A stretch of 57,815 nt of DNA, taken from a bacterium. GTDB lineage: Bacteria > Verrucomicrobiota > Verrucomicrobiia > Chthoniobacterales > JAFAMB01. A program made the translations under genes and the position numbers. The notes beneath the pieces were generated by a model. It was not told the DNA's origin. It was given only the letters and a program-made list of their open reading frames with translations, and made no database searches. Shown piece by piece: positions 28,917-39,165 of the stretch. Numbering within the stretch: the stretch's first letter is position 1; each line of letters opens with the position of its first letter. The stretch covers positions 1 through 57,815 of the forward strand of contig JBKPCS010000077.1 of the NCBI GenBank assembly GCA_046727495.1. Direction: 5' to 3'.

Positions 28917-29684
28917 ATGTCTCGGCTTGTTTTAGTCACCGGAGCGGCAGGAGGCGTGGGGAGTAGCATCGTCGCAAAGTTTTGCGCGCTTGGTGACACG
29001 GTGTTAGCGAATGACGTTTCTGACGAGCGGCTGACGAAACTGGATCGGGTTGATGGTCGCGTTATCAAGGTCGTCGCGGATATCACTGACGGTGCTGGCT
29101 TTCGCGAAGCGGTGACGAACGCTGCTCAGGGGCTCGGCCCAGTAGATGTCGTCGTGGCCAACGCGGGCGGTGCGTCGTCGCCGACTCTGCGGAAAACAAC
29201 CATCGATTCCTGGCGGCGGGACATCGAGCTCAACCTCCACGGTACGATGCACACGGTTGAAGCGGTTCGCGAAGGGATGATGACAAAACGCAAAGGTGCC
29301 ATCGTTGCGATCAGCTCAGTTAACGCCTTGCTGACGCTGGGCCATCCGGCCTACAGCGCAGCAAAAGCAGGTTTAATCAGCTATGTCAAAGCATTGGCTA
29401 CCGAACTAGGCAAATACGGTATCCGGGCCAACGCGATTCTTCCCGGAACAGTACGAACTCCTATTTGGCAACAGAGAGTTGAAAAGAATCCGACCATTTT
29501 CGAGCAGCTGCGTAAATGGTATCCGCTTGGCCGGGTCGTTGAGCCGGAGGATGTTGCTGAAGCGGTGATTTTTCTGGCCTCCGACGCGGCGAAGGCAATT
29601 ACCGGAGTGGCTCTGCCAGTCGATTGTGGGTTAACGGCCGGTAATCTGCCATTGGCATCAGAGCTAACCGTCGAGGAGTGGTAG
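28917..29684 (+). CDS. Short-chain dehydrogenase/reductase (SDR)
   Basis: TGAAGGVG, NAG, SS, YSAAK, NAILPG. Confidence 0.93.
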   Translation: MSRLVLVTGAAGGVGSSIVAKFCALGDTVLANDVSDERLTKLDRVDGRVIKVVADITDGAGFREAVTNAAQGLGPVDVVVANAGGASSPTLRKTTIDSWRRDIELNLHGTMHTVEAVREGMMTKRKGAIVAISSVNALLTLGHPAYSAAKAGLISYVKALATELGKYGIRANAILPGTVRTPIWQQRVEKNPTIFEQLRKWYPLGRVVEPEDVAEAVIFLASDAAKAITGVALPVDCGLTAGNLPLASELTVEEW

Positions 29685-29774
29685 GGAAGAGGGTCCGGCT
29701 TCCGGCTTTCTGCCTCCGCCAAGGCTACGGCGGGCAAGCCGGGTTCTGGGAGAGGCGCCCACTCGCACTCGCAT

Positions 29775-30959
29775 TCACACTCGCGAGAGCGCAGGCCCGA
29801 TCCTTTCGAAATCATGTTTCCGGAGCAGACCCCAATTGTAGAATGCAAAATCTCGGATACCGAGCTGCGAGATGCCTTGAACTGCTTCAGCGAGCTCTTG
29901 GCCATCTGCAAGGTCGGGAGTGCCGGGCCGAAGAATGGCGCGAATCTTTGTGGGGTCGTTCCCGGAGCGATGGAGTGTATCCCACGCATCGGCGATCGCT
30001 CGTTGCGCAGTCGGTTCATAGAAAGGGACCTCGAGATAGTCCACGATTTCTGTCAGCGCCCTGATGTCACTTCCTTCAATCCAGGTGGAGGCAGTCGGCC
30101 GCTGGATTGTCGGTATAATGGCGAGTTTTCCTGATACGCCCGCACGGATTTGTTTCACCAGTTCCGAAACCCTCCGGCTTCGCCATTTGAGATATGCAGA
30201 GAGTTCTTCGTCGCTCAGAATATCCGCTGCGGTCCATACAGCTGCGACGTCAGCGGAGACATCGACCGGTGATCGTAAGTAGTTATCGACCTTGCTCACC
30301 ACGCTTTTCCGCAGCGCGTGACTGTCAATGCCGGCCTCACGTTTCGATTCGTTCAGGCAATGATCGCAAAAGCATAATGCGAGCAGAACACCCATCCAGG
30401 AACTGATTTTCGTTTGGGCGAACTCGTGGTGATATCCATGCGTGTACGGCAAAAATCCGATCGTTTCGAGAACGATGCTCGCGACCGGTAGCGATCTCGA
30501 TAGATCTTGAACCAGCGCTAAACCGAACTCAGCAACTTCCGGGTTAACCGGGCACAAGCTATACGGATATCGATCGCCCCATGCGTTCCGTACTGTGGCA
30601 TCCGGGTAAGCGTTGCCGAGGCGCGAATTGTGAAAAACAACAGTCCAAGCATGTACGCCCAGCCGGTCTGCTTGTACCAGCTCAGCTGCGACTTGCCTTA
30701 ACTTCTCGTCCGGATGTGGAACCGGTTTGATTCTGCCATAGCGCTTTAAGCTCGGCTCAAAGTAGACCGTTCCGTCCTCTGGGAAATAGACACGGCTGGA
30801 ACCGCCCCTGGTACGCAGAAACTTTCCGGCATGATAACTGACGGCGATAGTGACTTCGGTCAACCGCTGGGAAGCGAGGACATCGGCAAACTTTGTCGGC
30901 CCGCTTTCCATCACATCCCACGGGTACGCGTACACGCTGCGGTAAGGAGCAGAAGGCAT
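29775..30959 (-). CDS. Hypothetical TIM-barrel protein (glycoside-hydrolase-like)
   Basis: YAYPWDV, SYHAG, VYFPEDG, HAWTVVFHNSRLG, LCPVNPEV, CFCDHC, FYNWGL; divergent from the sugar ABC genes. Confidence 0.7.
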   Translation of the reverse strand: MPSAPYRSVYAYPWDVMESGPTKFADVLASQRLTEVTIAVSYHAGKFLRTRGGSSRVYFPEDGTVYFEPSLKRYGRIKPVPHPDEKLRQVAAELVQADRLGVHAWTVVFHNSRLGNAYPDATVRNAWGDRYPYSLCPVNPEVAEFGLALVQDLSRSLPVASIVLETIGFLPYTHGYHHEFAQTKISSWMGVLLALCFCDHCLNESKREAGIDSHALRKSVVSKVDNYLRSPVDVSADVAAVWTAADILSDEELSAYLKWRSRRVSELVKQIRAGVSGKLAIIPTIQRPTASTWIEGSDIRALTEIVDYLEVPFYEPTAQRAIADAWDTLHRSGNDPTKIRAILRPGTPDLADGQELAEAVQGISQLGIRDFAFYNWGLLRKHDFERIGPALSRV

Positions 30960-31138
30960 CGATCGGGATTGTAGGGTGGTGGCTGCCTGCTCAGCAAGCT
31001 TGGCTCTACCGTTTTGGCGAGCCTATCCCCGGAACATGGACCCGAAACCCGGAACCCTAACGCCTGTAGACATCCGACATTGTTTCTTGCTAGCCTGTAG
31101 TCGGCGTTTTGCCACAGGACTTTCAAACCTCTAATTCA

Positions 31139-32374
31139 ATGATGAAAATGTTCTCCTCGAAGCAGTTTTCTGTCGTCGCCGGCTGGGTTGGTTTGTTGTT
31201 GATGACCGCGGTGTTCGCAGTCAATGCCGAAACCGTGCGTGTCACCATTCCTTTCTATAGCAAGGAGACGGAACCGTATTTCAAGAAGATGGCCAGCGAG
31301 TTCAAGCAAAAGAACCCGGACATCGATGTTCAGATCGAAATCGTCAATTGGGACAACCTGCTGCAGAAACTCACCACCGATATCGCGGCGAACGCTAACG
31401 CAGATGTTTCGATTATCGGCACCCGCTGGCTGGCCGATTTTCAAAAGCAGGATCTGGTTGAGCCGCTTGATGGATATATGGACGCGGCGTTCAAAGATCG
31501 ATTTATCAAATCGCTATTTGACTATGCCACCATTGGAGGGAAAACCAACGGCTTGCCAATTGCCGCTTCGGCGCGCGCTCTTTATTTTAACAAACAGTTG
31601 TTCACGAAAGCGGGGTTCCCGGACGGCCCCAAAACGTGGACAGATGTCGAGCAAGCGGCGAAAAAAATCAAAGATGCTGGTTCGTACGGATTCGGATTAC
31701 AAGGGAAGGAAATCGAAACGGACACTTTTTGGTATTATGCTTTGTGGTCGTTTGGCGGCGACATCGTCAAAGACTGCAAAGCGGTTTTCGATTCTGGCGC
31801 CGGCGTTAAGGCGGTGGAAGAATACAAGAAACTCATCGACGAAGGCTTGACGCAACCTGGTGTGACTTCTTACAGCCGCGAGGATGTCCAGAACTTGTTT
31901 AAGCAGGGCAGAGTAGGGACGGTTATTACCGCGCCATTCCTGATCAACCAGCTGAAATCGGATGCTCCCGATCTGGAGTACGGCATCACCGCGATTCCGT
32001 CGGACAAAGGAGACCTGTCAATGGCGGTGACGGATACGATCGTGATTTTCAAGAACTCGAAAGTGAAAAAATCGGCCTGGAAATTTCTGGATTTCCTTTT
32101 CACCAAAGAGCCCCGAATCGCTTTTACCAAAGGGGAAGGGTTCTTGCCTACGACTAAGGGGGAAGCGGAGGATCCTTACTTTACGCAAAACGAGCGCCTG
32201 CAGATTTTCGTGAAGCTCTTGGAGAAAGCGAAGTTTACACCATTGGTAAGCGGCTATGATGCGATGAGCGACGCGGTGGTTCGAGCGCTGCAGAGCGTTT
32301 ATTTAGGGAAAGCGAAGCCAGCCGATGCTCTAAAACAGGCGGCTCAAGAAGCAAACGCGGCTATCTGCAAATGA
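31139..32374 (+). CDS. Carbohydrate ABC transporter substrate-binding protein (CUT1)
   Basis: Signal peptide; F...NPDIDV, GLP....RALYFNK.LF, PKTW. Confidence 0.9.
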   Translation: MMKMFSSKQFSVVAGWVGLLLMTAVFAVNAETVRVTIPFYSKETEPYFKKMASEFKQKNPDIDVQIEIVNWDNLLQKLTTDIAANANADVSIIGTRWLADFQKQDLVEPLDGYMDAAFKDRFIKSLFDYATIGGKTNGLPIAASARALYFNKQLFTKAGFPDGPKTWTDVEQAAKKIKDAGSYGFGLQGKEIETDTFWYYALWSFGGDIVKDCKAVFDSGAGVKAVEEYKKLIDEGLTQPGVTSYSREDVQNLFKQGRVGTVITAPFLINQLKSDAPDLEYGITAIPSDKGDLSMAVTDTIVIFKNSKVKKSAWKFLDFLFTKEPRIAFTKGEGFLPTTKGEAEDPYFTQNERLQIFVKLLEKAKFTPLVSGYDAMSDAVVRALQSVYLGKAKPADALKQAAQEANAAICK

Positions 32375-32545
32375 CCCCGAAAGCTTTCGGGGCCCGTTAT
32401 CCGTCCACCGTCAACAGTCCGCCGTCCACCGTTACCGATGTCTGACAACGCTCACCAACGGAAGGCGGAAGACGGTAGACAAAAGACGGAAGACAGGGGA
32501 CGAAGGACGGAAAACGGTCGACGGAAGACGGTAGACGGTAAACGG
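32375..32545. repeat. CCCCGAAAGCTTTCGGGG plus inverted heptamer arms enclosing the permease start codon
   Basis: Left arm (CCGTCCA)n 32401-32437; ATG 32438; right arm (GACGGAA/GACGGTA)n ~32458-32545 is translated. Confidence 0.8.
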
Positions 32546-33421
32546 GCGCCCGCAGACGGGCGCCTTCTTCCCTACCTCCTCATTGCCCCCGCATTTCTCC
32601 TCGCTTTATTCATCGTCAGTTACCCGTTTATCGACATCTTAAGGACCGCGACTCATGAAGTCACCCGTTTCGGGATTCTGGTCCGTGCGAACGGAGTCGA
32701 CAACTTCCTTAAGGTCTTTGCCGATCCTCTCTTCAAGGCGTCTCTCTACCGAACCTTGTCATGGACAGGCTTGGTCGTCGGCGGCACCGTTCTAATTTCA
32801 TTGCCGGTTGCGATTCTTTTGAATCTGCCGTTTCACGGGCGGGCGATTGCCCGAGCGATCATCATGCTGCCTTGGGCAGTTTCTCTCACAATGTCGGCGG
32901 TGGTTTGGCGTTGGGCGTTCAATGCGGAATACGGAATGGTGAACGCATCTTTACAGCGGCTCGGGATGATCTCCGGTCCAATAGCCTGGTTAGCCTCGGC
33001 TGAGCTCGCATTTCCAATTGAGATAGCAGTAGGCATCCTCGTCTCGATCCCGTTTACTACCACCGTCTTTCTGGGCGGGCTCTCTTCCTTGCCCCAGGAT
33101 ATTTACGAGGCAGCTCGGCTTGAAGGTGCATCAACGATGCAGCAGTTCTGGCATCTGACGTTTCCTTTAGTCAGGCCGTTCATCAACATCGCGATCGTTC
33201 TGAACGTGATTTATGTGTTCAACTCGTTTCCAATCATCTGGGTGTTGACCGAGGGTGGCCCGGCTGATAGCACGCACATCCTGGTGACGTATCTGTACAA
33301 GCTGGCATTTCGCCTCGGCCGAATCGGTGAGGCGGCCGCGGTTTCCACCGTAATGCTGCTGATGTTGTTCGTGTTCACAGCCATTTATCTGCGTCTTCAA
33401 GGGAAGGAGAAGAAAGTATGA
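32438..33421 (+). CDS. Carbohydrate ABC transporter permease (MalF-like)
   Basis: G.DNF..VF.DP, LPWA, EAA loop [17 protein letters not shown]. Confidence 0.93.
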   Translation: MSDNAHQRKAEDGRQKTEDRGRRTENGRRKTVDGKRAPADGRLLPYLLIAPAFLLALFIVSYPFIDILRTATHEVTRFGILVRANGVDNFLKVFADPLFKASLYRTLSWTGLVVGGTVLISLPVAILLNLPFHGRAIARAIIMLPWAVSLTMSAVVWRWAFNAEYGMVNASLQRLGMISGPIAWLASAELAFPIEIAVGILVSIPFTTTVFLGGLSSLPQDIYEAARLEGASTMQQFWHLTFPLVRPFINIAIVLNVIYVFNSFPIIWVLTEGGPADSTHILVTYLYKLAFRLGRIGEAAAVSTVMLLMLFVFTAIYLRLQGKEKKV

Positions 33422-34242
33422 GCAAACGCCGGAGCCTGCTTATCTGGCTTGTTCTATCTCCCTTGCTGGGGATCATCCTCTTCCCTTTTGCGGTGATGCT
33501 GTTCACCGCCTTGAAACCACGCGCCGAGGTCTTCAGTTATCCTCCACGCTGGCTGCCGAGCGAACTGCATTGGCAAAATTTTGCGGAGATGTGGCAGGCG
33601 GCTGATTTCGGGACCGCCCTCTGGAACAGCACGCTGATAAGCCTGGGTTCAACCCTCCTTGTACTGATCCTGAGCGTGCCGGCTGCGTACGCAATGGCGC
33701 GAACAAATTTTGCGGCTAAGCAGCCGTTTCGCCAATTCCTTTTGGCGACGCAAATGCTTTCACCAATCCTGGTCGTCCTGGGTATTTTCCATCTGGTTGT
33801 TTTGATCGGATTGGTCGACAACAAGTTCGCTCTCGTCTTGATCTATGCTGCGTTCAATATCGCGTTTGCCGTCTGGATGCTGCAAAGCTATTTCGCGTCG
33901 ATTCCGGTAGAGTTGGAAGAAGCGGCTTTGATTGATGGGTGCACTCGCTGGCGCGCCATCGTCAGCATTTTTGTGCCGCTGGCTGCACCGGCCATGGTGG
34001 TAACTGCAATTTTCACGTTCATCAATTCTTGGAACGAGTTTGTCGTTGCCCTCACCCTGCTCCGTTCTCAAAACAATTTTACGTTGCCGCTTCGCATCTT
34101 TTCGCTGGTCGGCGGGCGTTATACGGTTGAATGGAACCAGGTAATGGCGGCGACACTGCTGGCCACGCTGCCAGTAGCGATCGTGTTCTCCTGGCTCCAG
34201 CGATACCTGGTCCGGGGTTTAACCGTTGGCGCCGTTAAATAG
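33418..34242 (+). CDS. Carbohydrate ABC transporter permease (MalG-like)
   Basis: [33 protein letters not shown]. Confidence 0.93.
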   Translation: MSKRRSLLIWLVLSPLLGIILFPFAVMLFTALKPRAEVFSYPPRWLPSELHWQNFAEMWQAADFGTALWNSTLISLGSTLLVLILSVPAAYAMARTNFAAKQPFRQFLLATQMLSPILVVLGIFHLVVLIGLVDNKFALVLIYAAFNIAFAVWMLQSYFASIPVELEEAALIDGCTRWRAIVSIFVPLAAPAMVVTAIFTFINSWNEFVVALTLLRSQNNFTLPLRIFSLVGGRYTVEWNQVMAATLLATLPVAIVFSWLQRYLVRGLTVGAVK

Positions 34243-34361
34243 CAAGCTTTCAGCTTGCTGTTTCCGGTTTTCAGTTTTCGGTCTACGGTCTTCGGTTGGA
34301 AGATCATTATCCCATGGCTCTCGGCGTAAAACTGCTCGCGAGCACACAAGAATAGGCCCCG

Positions 34362-35078
34362 TTGCGTTCTGTGACTTCGCTCTCTAGCATCCGCACTTTG
34401 CTCAAGGCCGCAGCTAGACCTAAGGATGTGGCGATCCTCCAGCGGTTCTTCAAAACCGGTAAAGGCGAATACGGTGAAGGAGATGTATTCATTGGCGTTA
34501 AGGTGCCGGACATTCGAAAGGTCGTCGCGCAGAGTGACGGTCTGACGTTTGATAAAGTCGTCCTATCGTTGCACTCGAAGATCCACGAAGAACGTCTTCT
34601 GGCGCTGTTGATCATGGTTCGCCGATATCAACGTGCTAAGGATGACAAAACCAAGAAGGAGATCGTCGACGTGTACCTGCGTGAGCGGGCATTCATCAAC
34701 AACTGGGATCTGGTTGACGGCTCTGCCAGGGATATTCTTGGTCCCTGGTTGATCTCACGGTCACGCGCCATTCTAACGAGGCTCGCTAAGTCCAGAAGCA
34801 TGTGGGATCGGCGGATCGCTGTACTCACGACGTTCGCGTTCATACGCCAAAACGATTTTTCAACCACACTCGAACTCGCGGAACGTCTCATCAACGATCC
34901 GCACGACCTGATTCACAAAGCGATCGGTTGGATGTTAAGGGAGATCGGCAATCGCGACCAGGCCACCCTCGTTGCATTTCCGGAAAGACATTCCGAATCA
35001 ATGCCGGGAACAATGTTCCGATATGCGACCAAAAAACTGTCGCAGGCGCAGCGGGCGCGATTCAGGCGAGGGGCTTAG
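34362..35078 (+). CDS. alkD: DNA alkylation repair protein (AlkD family)
   Basis: FFKTGKGEYGEGDVFIGV.VP, INNWDLVD, HDLIHKAIGWMLRE; start uncertain (TTG). Confidence 0.88.
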   Translation: MRSVTSLSSIRTLLKAAARPKDVAILQRFFKTGKGEYGEGDVFIGVKVPDIRKVVAQSDGLTFDKVVLSLHSKIHEERLLALLIMVRRYQRAKDDKTKKEIVDVYLRERAFINNWDLVDGSARDILGPWLISRSRAILTRLAKSRSMWDRRIAVLTTFAFIRQNDFSTTLELAERLINDPHDLIHKAIGWMLREIGNRDQATLVAFPERHSESMPGTMFRYATKKLSQAQRARFRRGA

Positions 35079-35155
35079 ACCTCGCTGGAGGGTGGTCCGG
35101 CGGCTGCCGGATCGCCGCCGTTTTTCGAGCTATCGATTTCTATTGGATTGAAGAT

Positions 35156-35863
35156 TTAGGCGTGACCCCGCTTAGCGACTTGATCGTACTCATCGTGTCG
35201 ACGCCACCACACGTACGGCTCCGACTGCGGCCATCCCTCCGGGGAGTCTTCCCAATTCTCCTGTCGACCAAGCGGCGTCAGATCGAGGAAGGTCCAGAAA
35301 CTGCCCAGCGTTTCGTCGCCACGTCCAGTCGTAAAGTAGGTGCGAAAGACTCTGCCCTCATCGCGCAAGAAGACGCTCGTGCCGGACGTTTCACCTTCGG
35401 CAGTCGACACGCCGAAGTCTACATTGAAGTCGCTCTCAGATGAGGAGAACCACGGGAGGTTCCAACCCATGCGTTTCTTATACGCGAGAATTTTCGATAG
35501 GGGCGCCAGCGAGATCATGGCGAAGGAGGTGTCGCGCGCGTACAGATGGCTTAAGTTGCCCACGTTGTCGGCGTACCAGGAACAGCCCACGCAGCCGGCC
35601 TCAGGCCAGCCTCCAACGCTTGGGGCGAACATGAAGTGATACACGATGAGCTGACGACGTCCTTCGAATAAATCGACCAGGGTCACTTTTCCTTCAGTGC
35701 CGTCGAATAGATACGGGTTGGTGATCTCCACCATGGGCAATCGGCGCCGCTCTGCCGCGAGTGCATCGCTCGCCCGCGTATGCGCCTTTTCACTCACCAA
35801 CAGACGGTCACGAGCGGCTTGCCATTCAGTCGGTGACACGATGGGAGGCAGTTTGTTCTTCAT
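35156..35863 (-). CDS. DUF899 family thioredoxin-like protein
   Basis: RRRLPMV, LFEGRRQLIVYHFMF, CVGCS, LDLTPLGRQE.WEDSPEGWPQ. Confidence 0.93.
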   Translation of the reverse strand: MKNKLPPIVSPTEWQAARDRLLVSEKAHTRASDALAAERRRLPMVEITNPYLFDGTEGKVTLVDLFEGRRQLIVYHFMFAPSVGGWPEAGCVGCSWYADNVGNLSHLYARDTSFAMISLAPLSKILAYKKRMGWNLPWFSSSESDFNVDFGVSTAEGETSGTSVFLRDEGRVFRTYFTTGRGDETLGSFWTFLDLTPLGRQENWEDSPEGWPQSEPYVWWRRHDEYDQVAKRGHA

Positions 35864-36105
35864 ATAACTTGTCCTGAGTTGAATTTGAGGATTGGGTTCT
35901 TCTTGCGCCTAAAGTCTTCTTGACCACCAACGCGGCGGTTCTGCCAGCGAAAGTCATGCTTGCGAGCAAGTTGGCCGTTGTTTAGTCCTTCATCACGGAT
36001 ACGACGAAGCAATCACTCCTTTCAGGACAATCAGAGGCAAAAAGTATAGGGTTTCACGCGACCCGGCTGTTGCCGCCGTTGTGGAGTTATCGAGTGCTGG
36101 ATTAT

Positions 36106-37761
36106 TCAACGACGGCGGTGACGGAGCACCGCCCTCCAGGTAGCCTGCACTTGCAACAGAGCGCTGATTTGCAGGAGCGAATAAGTGGGTAAAAAGAAAC
36201 GGGCTGCCGCAAATGAGGTTGCGCAGGTCGCAAGTGAAATCAGGATCGCAGTTGCGAGTGATGCCATGGAGTAAGAAACAACGGTTAATCCGTTCGCAGT
36301 CCGCAAGGCAAACGCCGCAAGCACAATCGTGATGGTTGCGAACCAAACCATTGGGACGCCGTTGAAAACGTGAAAATAAGGCTGCCTCTTCCAGATCTGT
36401 TCAAAATAACCCTCGGGATGCTGAAACGAGGCCAGCGGCTTCAGACGGGCGTACCTTGGAAAGTCGATTTGAGTACGCAGCCAGTCTGTTAAGATGAATG
36501 GAGGATTCGCCAAGTCGGCCTGTGAATAGGACCAGATGTTGGAGAAATCGGTCCACACGGCCTTCAGATAGTGCGGTTCGAGTGATAACAAAACGTATCG
36601 TGCAATCCGATTGAGTTTGAGATCGATTTGATTGGTCCGGACCTTGGCGTCATTGACACCGGATCTGACGAGAATGTCATCGATAGAGTAGAACAAAAAC
36701 ATGTCAGTCCATTTGTCGCCGTTGCTAAGAGAGCGATTCAGTTGCTCAAGCGCTTCGGCGATGACCGGATCTCTTAGGTCCTTACTCATTTTTTCCAAGA
36801 TGGCGGTCCGTTCACTGACTGAAAGCGATTGGAGGTAACTAAGCCGCCACTCAAATGTCTCGCCGAGCGTAGATCGGTATGGAACCCGGAACAGCAAGCA
36901 CATGGTCTGTTGAATCAAGATCGAACCGACAATCGCGAGAATACCGATGCCGGTGAAGACTAAGAACTTCCGACCGTAGCTGTTGCCGGTTGGATTGCTG
37001 GCGGTCTTGCGTCCACGCCAGAGCAGTACGGAGCCCCACAAAACCAATGCTGATATCGGCAGAGTCGCCGCAAAAATATTATTGATCTGCCTGGTCAATG
37101 TGGCCGCGAGCAGAACCGCAAAGAAGATCCAGACATGGCTTCGTTTCGGAGCATTCGACCCGGATCCGGGCGTTTCAATCGCAATCGGCTGCGTGTCGCG
37201 CCGGTCCAAACATTTCCATCCAAGCGCTACGATCAGTATCACAAGCGGATTACTGAACGCTTCGCTTCCAACACAGTTAGCGAAGATGTACAGCCACGGC
37301 GTCAGCGCAAAAACCAGAGCGAACAGAAGCCGGAACAGGAATCTGTCTGTTAAGGAGCAGATCAGATACCAAAGTGCAAACACCAGGAAGAGGTGTTGCA
37401 CGACAATCAACGCATAAATCCCTACGTCGCTCAGAGCCGGTGTGCCGAGTGAAAGATAGGGCAAGCCCTTTCCCTGCAAGAGGTTGCCGACAATCCCTGC
37501 GACAATGACAATGAGCCGCCCAAAAAAACAATAGCCCGGCAGCCAATGAATGATGCCTTTCGGTGCGAACGTCGAAGAAATCTGATTGAACCCGTCCGAA
37601 TCACGCCAAAGCGGCGGCACCGTCAGAAGAACGTAGATCGATGGAACTACCAGAATCAGCGGAACAAGCCAATCATCTAGGCCGATACGCCGACGCGCCG
37701 GTTCGCCGGCAGCTTGCCCTTGGTCTGTCTTGAAAATCGGATTAGCTTTCTGTCGCTCCAT
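36106..37761 (-). CDS. Polytopic membrane protein, putative GT-C glycosyltransferase (paralog of 12860..14497)
   Basis: PPLWRDSD after TM1, many TMs, large loop; start uncertain. Confidence 0.75.
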   Translation of the reverse strand: MERQKANPIFKTDQGQAAGEPARRRIGLDDWLVPLILVVPSIYVLLTVPPLWRDSDGFNQISSTFAPKGIIHWLPGYCFFGRLIVIVAGIVGNLLQGKGLPYLSLGTPALSDVGIYALIVVQHLFLVFALWYLICSLTDRFLFRLLFALVFALTPWLYIFANCVGSEAFSNPLVILIVALGWKCLDRRDTQPIAIETPGSGSNAPKRSHVWIFFAVLLAATLTRQINNIFAATLPISALVLWGSVLLWRGRKTASNPTGNSYGRKFLVFTGIGILAIVGSILIQQTMCLLFRVPYRSTLGETFEWRLSYLQSLSVSERTAILEKMSKDLRDPVIAEALEQLNRSLSNGDKWTDMFLFYSIDDILVRSGVNDAKVRTNQIDLKLNRIARYVLLSLEPHYLKAVWTDFSNIWSYSQADLANPPFILTDWLRTQIDFPRYARLKPLASFQHPEGYFEQIWKRQPYFHVFNGVPMVWFATITIVLAAFALRTANGLTVVSYSMASLATAILISLATCATSFAAARFFLPTYSLLQISALLQVQATWRAVLRHRRR

Positions 37762-38818
37762 GCGAATCGAAGAACTACAAACTCCGTTACCGGTGATCGA
37801 TTACGAGATCGTGCGGCGAAACATTCGGCGGCTTCAAGATTATTGCGACCAACATCGAATTAAACTCCGACCGCACATTAAGACCCATAAGCTCCCTTTC
37901 TTCGCGCATGAACAGTGTCGAGCGGGGGCGATCGGAATCACGGTTCAAAAATTGGGCGAAGCGGAGGCAATGGCGCAGGCCGGGATGACGGACATTCTCG
38001 TCACCTACAATATCGTGGGAGTAGAAAAGGCGGAGCGCTTGGCGAACCTAACCCATTTCGCGCGGGTCAGCGTGGCGATCGACAATAAAGTGGCCCTGGA
38101 GACTGTTGCGGCTGCGGCGAAACGAGCTGCAGCGCCGATTGGCGTCTTGATCGAATTTGAGTCTGGCGGCGGGCGTCAAGGGGTCCAAACACCAGAAGAA
38201 GCATTAGAGCTCTCTAAGGGCATCATTCGCCGGTCCCGTCTGCAATTCAAAGGATTGATGACCTATCCAACCAGCAACGGGACCGGCGATTTTCTGAAAG
38301 AAGCGTTGCCCCTATTCGAAAAAGCGCACATTCCGGTCGAGGTGATTTCTTGTGGAGGTACTCCGACGGCGATGAAAAGTCATTCACTGGCCCCTTTAAC
38401 CGAGCTTCGCGTGGGAACCTATATTTACAACGACCGGATGATGATGGCTGCAGGCGCAGCATCGTTGAGCGACTGCGCTTTTACTATAAACGCGACCGTC
38501 GTTAGCCGGCCAACCAAGGACCGCGCAATTCTTGATTCGGGTAGCAAGACGCTATCGAGCGATTTGATGCCCACTGGCCAAGGCGAGGGATACGGATTTC
38601 TGCCGGACTATCCTGCTGCGGTCGTCGCGAGCCTCAAAGAAGAACACGGAATCCTGGATCTAACGAAGTGCGCAAAACGCCCTGAAATCGGCGAGCGGGT
38701 TCGCCTTATTCCAAATCATGTCTGCGTCGTAACCAATCTTCACAATGAGGTTCACCTGCATCGCGATGGAGAAGTCCTGGCGACATTGCCTGTGCTGCTG
38801 CGAGGGATGACCGTGTAG
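37760..38818 (+). CDS. D-TA/DSD1 family PLP-dependent enzyme (alanine-racemase fold aldolase/dehydratase)
   Basis: L.TP, LRPHIKTHK, QKLGEAE, GGTPT, ELRVGTY, DSGSKTL, EEHG, IPNHVC. Confidence 0.9.
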   Translation: MRIEELQTPLPVIDYEIVRRNIRRLQDYCDQHRIKLRPHIKTHKLPFFAHEQCRAGAIGITVQKLGEAEAMAQAGMTDILVTYNIVGVEKAERLANLTHFARVSVAIDNKVALETVAAAAKRAAAPIGVLIEFESGGGRQGVQTPEEALELSKGIIRRSRLQFKGLMTYPTSNGTGDFLKEALPLFEKAHIPVEVISCGGTPTAMKSHSLAPLTELRVGTYIYNDRMMMAAGAASLSDCAFTINATVVSRPTKDRAILDSGSKTLSSDLMPTGQGEGYGFLPDYPAAVVASLKEEHGILDLTKCAKRPEIGERVRLIPNHVCVVTNLHNEVHLHRDGEVLATLPVLLRGMTV

Positions 38819-39165
38819 AGGGACGCCGTCATCCTCTTTCGCTAAAGCTACGGCGGACAGATCGCCGCCGATGCCAACAACGCAGTGAAGACCGAAGAAG
38901 TTCAAACAGAACGTCGCAAAGGACGCGAAGACAGAATTTAGGGATGGTGATTTGCTGAGCCTAACCGCAACCAAATTCAGTCTTTTCTTCGTGTTCTTTG
39001 CGTCCTTTCTGTTTAATTTCTTCTTCCTTCCCGGAACCCGGAACTCGAAACCCGGAGCCCGGAGCCCCAACCCCACAATTCCGCTGCAATCCGTTAGATC
39101 CTGCACTAATATTTTCGGATCTCCAGGTACCCCCCTCTTGCAGCAATCAAAGGAGATTCCAATCG

